NCBI GenBank assembly: GCA_023920165.1
Contig: CP089274.1
Coordinates: forward strand, 1,922,001-1,986,000
Direction of reading: 5' to 3'
Origin: Curvularia clavata
Taxonomy: Eukaryota
DNA length: 64,000 bases
Below, piece after piece: positions 61,701-64,000 of this stretch. Under the pieces are notes generated by a model. It was given only the letters and a program-made list of their open reading frames with translations, did not search any database and was not told the origin of the DNA. The stretch's first letter is position 1. Every line of letters starts with the position of its first letter. The position numbers and the translations under genes were made by a program.

Positions 61701-62666
61701 TAACTTGCATCTACAATTACACTTAATACTGTTGGAAGACACATACTTTATACCCCACTATTCCCAGGCAGTTTTCGACGCCCGACTTGGATATGTCATG
61801 ACCACATTTGTACACGCATACACTACGTCCCATCTCCAGGTATGTATGCTAGTATTTGTGGTGCAAGCCATGCTATCTACACAATTTTGGTCCTTCGTGG
61901 TGACGACGTCAAATTTGAGCTCATCCCTGCATTCTGGTACTTTGCTCCATCACGGGACATGGGTGCCGTTGCAGGTTGCAACTTCCATGCAACTTCGTTT
62001 CCGCTCCGTGCAACTGTGACTTCCTATAAGGGTGCTGGTGTTGGATTTGGTAGACTTCGCGATCTAGCAGTTGCGTCTGGACGACATTGAAATACCATTT
62101 GAGACGACTGCTTGAACAGAGAAGGCTTGGTAGGTGGGAGTCGAGAAAAATGGCAAATACTGGGCGGTTGAGTATGTAGATGCAATGAATGATAAGTTTA
62201 TATGGTTGTGAAAGACTTGGCCTGTAGATTGGTTTTCATGCGTTGTTTTTGTGAGTGAGGCTTCTGAAGTTAGTGACATGCCTTGCATCTTGCTAAATGC
62301 ATTCTCTATGCAATTCTCTACTCGCTTGTGTATTGACACAAAGGGTATAGAGTTTGAACTTATCTCGCTGGTGATAGTTATTAACAAGTAGAGAAAAAGG
62401 TACGACATCAGGATTACGTATCGATATTTTCAGGGGTGTGCGAAATGAAAGTTGGTGCGAAATTATAAGACTGAGTCAGGTTTGTTCACATATGCCGCAG
62501 GTGGATTCTCTTGCGACAAGCGCTTTGATGGATTTATTTCAAAGAAGATAATATATACTGGAGAATGTATTGCACCCGAGTAGACGCATGAAACATGGAA
62601 GTCCCATCTCTTGGGCCACCTAGTACCAGAGCACCGACCCTAGACCACGGCCATCCCTCTCTGGCT

Positions 62667-63497
62667 CTAACATTGCAGCTTGGTGGGCCCAGGAATCTTG
62701 TAGGCACCATTTCCAGTCGGTTGGCCTTGAGAATTGTAGATGCTAAGCTTGATGCCCGCATCATCGGCCCTGTAAGCGCCGGGGAAGCTGACCGTGGTTC
62801 CGGTCCTGGACCCAGAGCCCGAAACGTTGATCTGAGCGCATCCCTGTGCAAGTTGTTAGTATGAAAAGCATAGAGAACGTTTTCATGGCTTACAATGTAG
62901 AACTGAGCACCACCGGTGGATCCAGCATTGTGCAAGGCAATAATCTCGGCTCGCAGGAGATACTGGCCCGAAGCAACACAAGAGGGCACGTTGAAGTCAG
63001 TCCATCCGCCGTTGGAGATCATGCGGTCGACGGCCCATTTTCCAGAGCCGTCAAGACCGTCTTCAGCGACCTTGAACCATTGCAGGCCAGAAGCGGAGGC
63101 AGAGGCAGCGTTGGAAACCTTTGCCATGTAAAAGATCACAGGACCCTTGTGCGAGGCGGCAATCGGGTTGTCTGCGTCGTTTGCGCCTCTTTTGATGGTT
63201 AGAAGTGATGAGTTAATAGTGGCAATGTCAAACGTACTGGGCTCCTCCAACGATGTGCTGCCAGAGGACACCGACTCTGTCGCCTGGCTTGACATCAACG
63301 ACCTTGTTCGAAGAAGAGACACCGGTATTGCAGGCCATGGCGCCATCGTTGACGTTGGTGATGGGGTTGTTGGACGAGGCCACACGGATACCGTTGCCTA
63401 GGCCCAAGTCCTGACCGTTGACCCGGACACGCTGGGCAATGGTATGGGCTGAGGAAAGGGCAGGCAGCAGAGCGACGGCAGCGGCGAAGAACTTCAT
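62667..63497 (-). CDS. AA9 (GH61) lytic polysaccharide monooxygenase, secreted, no CBM, 3 exons
   Basis: Signal peptide [17 protein letters not shown] followed by N-terminal His (HTIAQ), second His in [26 protein letters not shown] axial Tyr, SFPGAY, YKIPGP. Stop at 62667-62669. Confidence 0.93.
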
Positions 63498-64000
63498 GTT
63501 GATGGATAGTGTAGGGGTTGCGAGGAAGTGAATGAGTGAGTGATGAGACAAAAGTATCTATATTGTCGTCTTGCTCGTCTCTTAAATACTTAAGCGCCTC
63601 TGGTCTTGATGTCCAAGCTGTTGTTGATTACAGAATGGGACGATACCAAGCCTTTCAGTCGTCTACGTCAATCGCTGGGCGGCAATCTATTTGCGCCGCG
63701 GCGAGATGGGATACAGGAGCTGCTATGCACTCGAGGCTTTGGTTACAGCAGTTCCGGTGGCGGCTGTCGCCAATCTCCCAATAGGGGACATGGCGGTCAG
63801 TCGAGTGGACCATAGGGTGGATTGCGCCTAGACGTCGATATAGAGTGTTTCGAAATAAATGCGGCGAGCAATCAAGCACCCGGCAAGCAATGCTTGGCAG
63901 TGGCATTTGGGTGCTGCCGGTTAATATATTTCCGCGATGAAGGCCCGTGAACAGGCGGGCCTCATGACCGGTTTCTGAAAATGGATTTCGGCCATGGCTG

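Noticed and set aside
1..64000. Transposons, CRISPR arrays, rRNA, secondary-metabolite backbone genes
   Set aside because: No transposase, RT or integrase motifs, LTRs, TIRs, spaced direct repeats, rRNA-like sequence or PKS/NRPS domains were seen. The acyltransferase, reductase and MFS genes are scattered and do not form an evident biosynthetic cluster.

Overview
Gene-dense 64 kb of a eukaryotic, intron-containing genome: short GT-AG introns with CTRAC/CTAAC-type branch points and a gene set typical of a filamentous ascomycete (a Dothideomycete/Pleosporales-like fungus is my inference). I resolve about 24 protein-coding genes, most needing manual splicing of the ORF track, plus one intron-containing tRNA-Ser(CGA), a few microsatellites and at least one gene remnant. 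Recognisable genes: D-serine dehydratase-like PLP enzyme, TRP/Yvc1-like channel, J-domain protein, MOT2/MFSD5-type transporter, membrane-anchored methyltransferase, a four-domain RNA end-processing protein (2H + EEP + poly(A)-polymerase-like NTase + MJ1316), two F-box-like proteins, a BAHD-type acyltransferase, a Yim1-like MDR reductase, UBP8, a PTH11-like receptor, a secreted carboxylesterase, a DUF3431 protein, a DHA1 MFS pump and an AA9 LPMO. The best candidate for an undescribed system is the compact cluster at 32.9-37.3 kb. There a caspase-like protease with an intact His-Cys dyad is divergently transcribed from a hidden spliced 119-aa SH3/Tudor-like protein and a DUF6594-type membrane protein, a layout reminiscent of protease-activated cell-death or defence modules. 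Also notable is a single in-frame TAG in a readthrough-type context that splits a ~1310-codon reading frame at 0.1-4.0 kb. All family calls come from motif recognition by eye; no searches were run.
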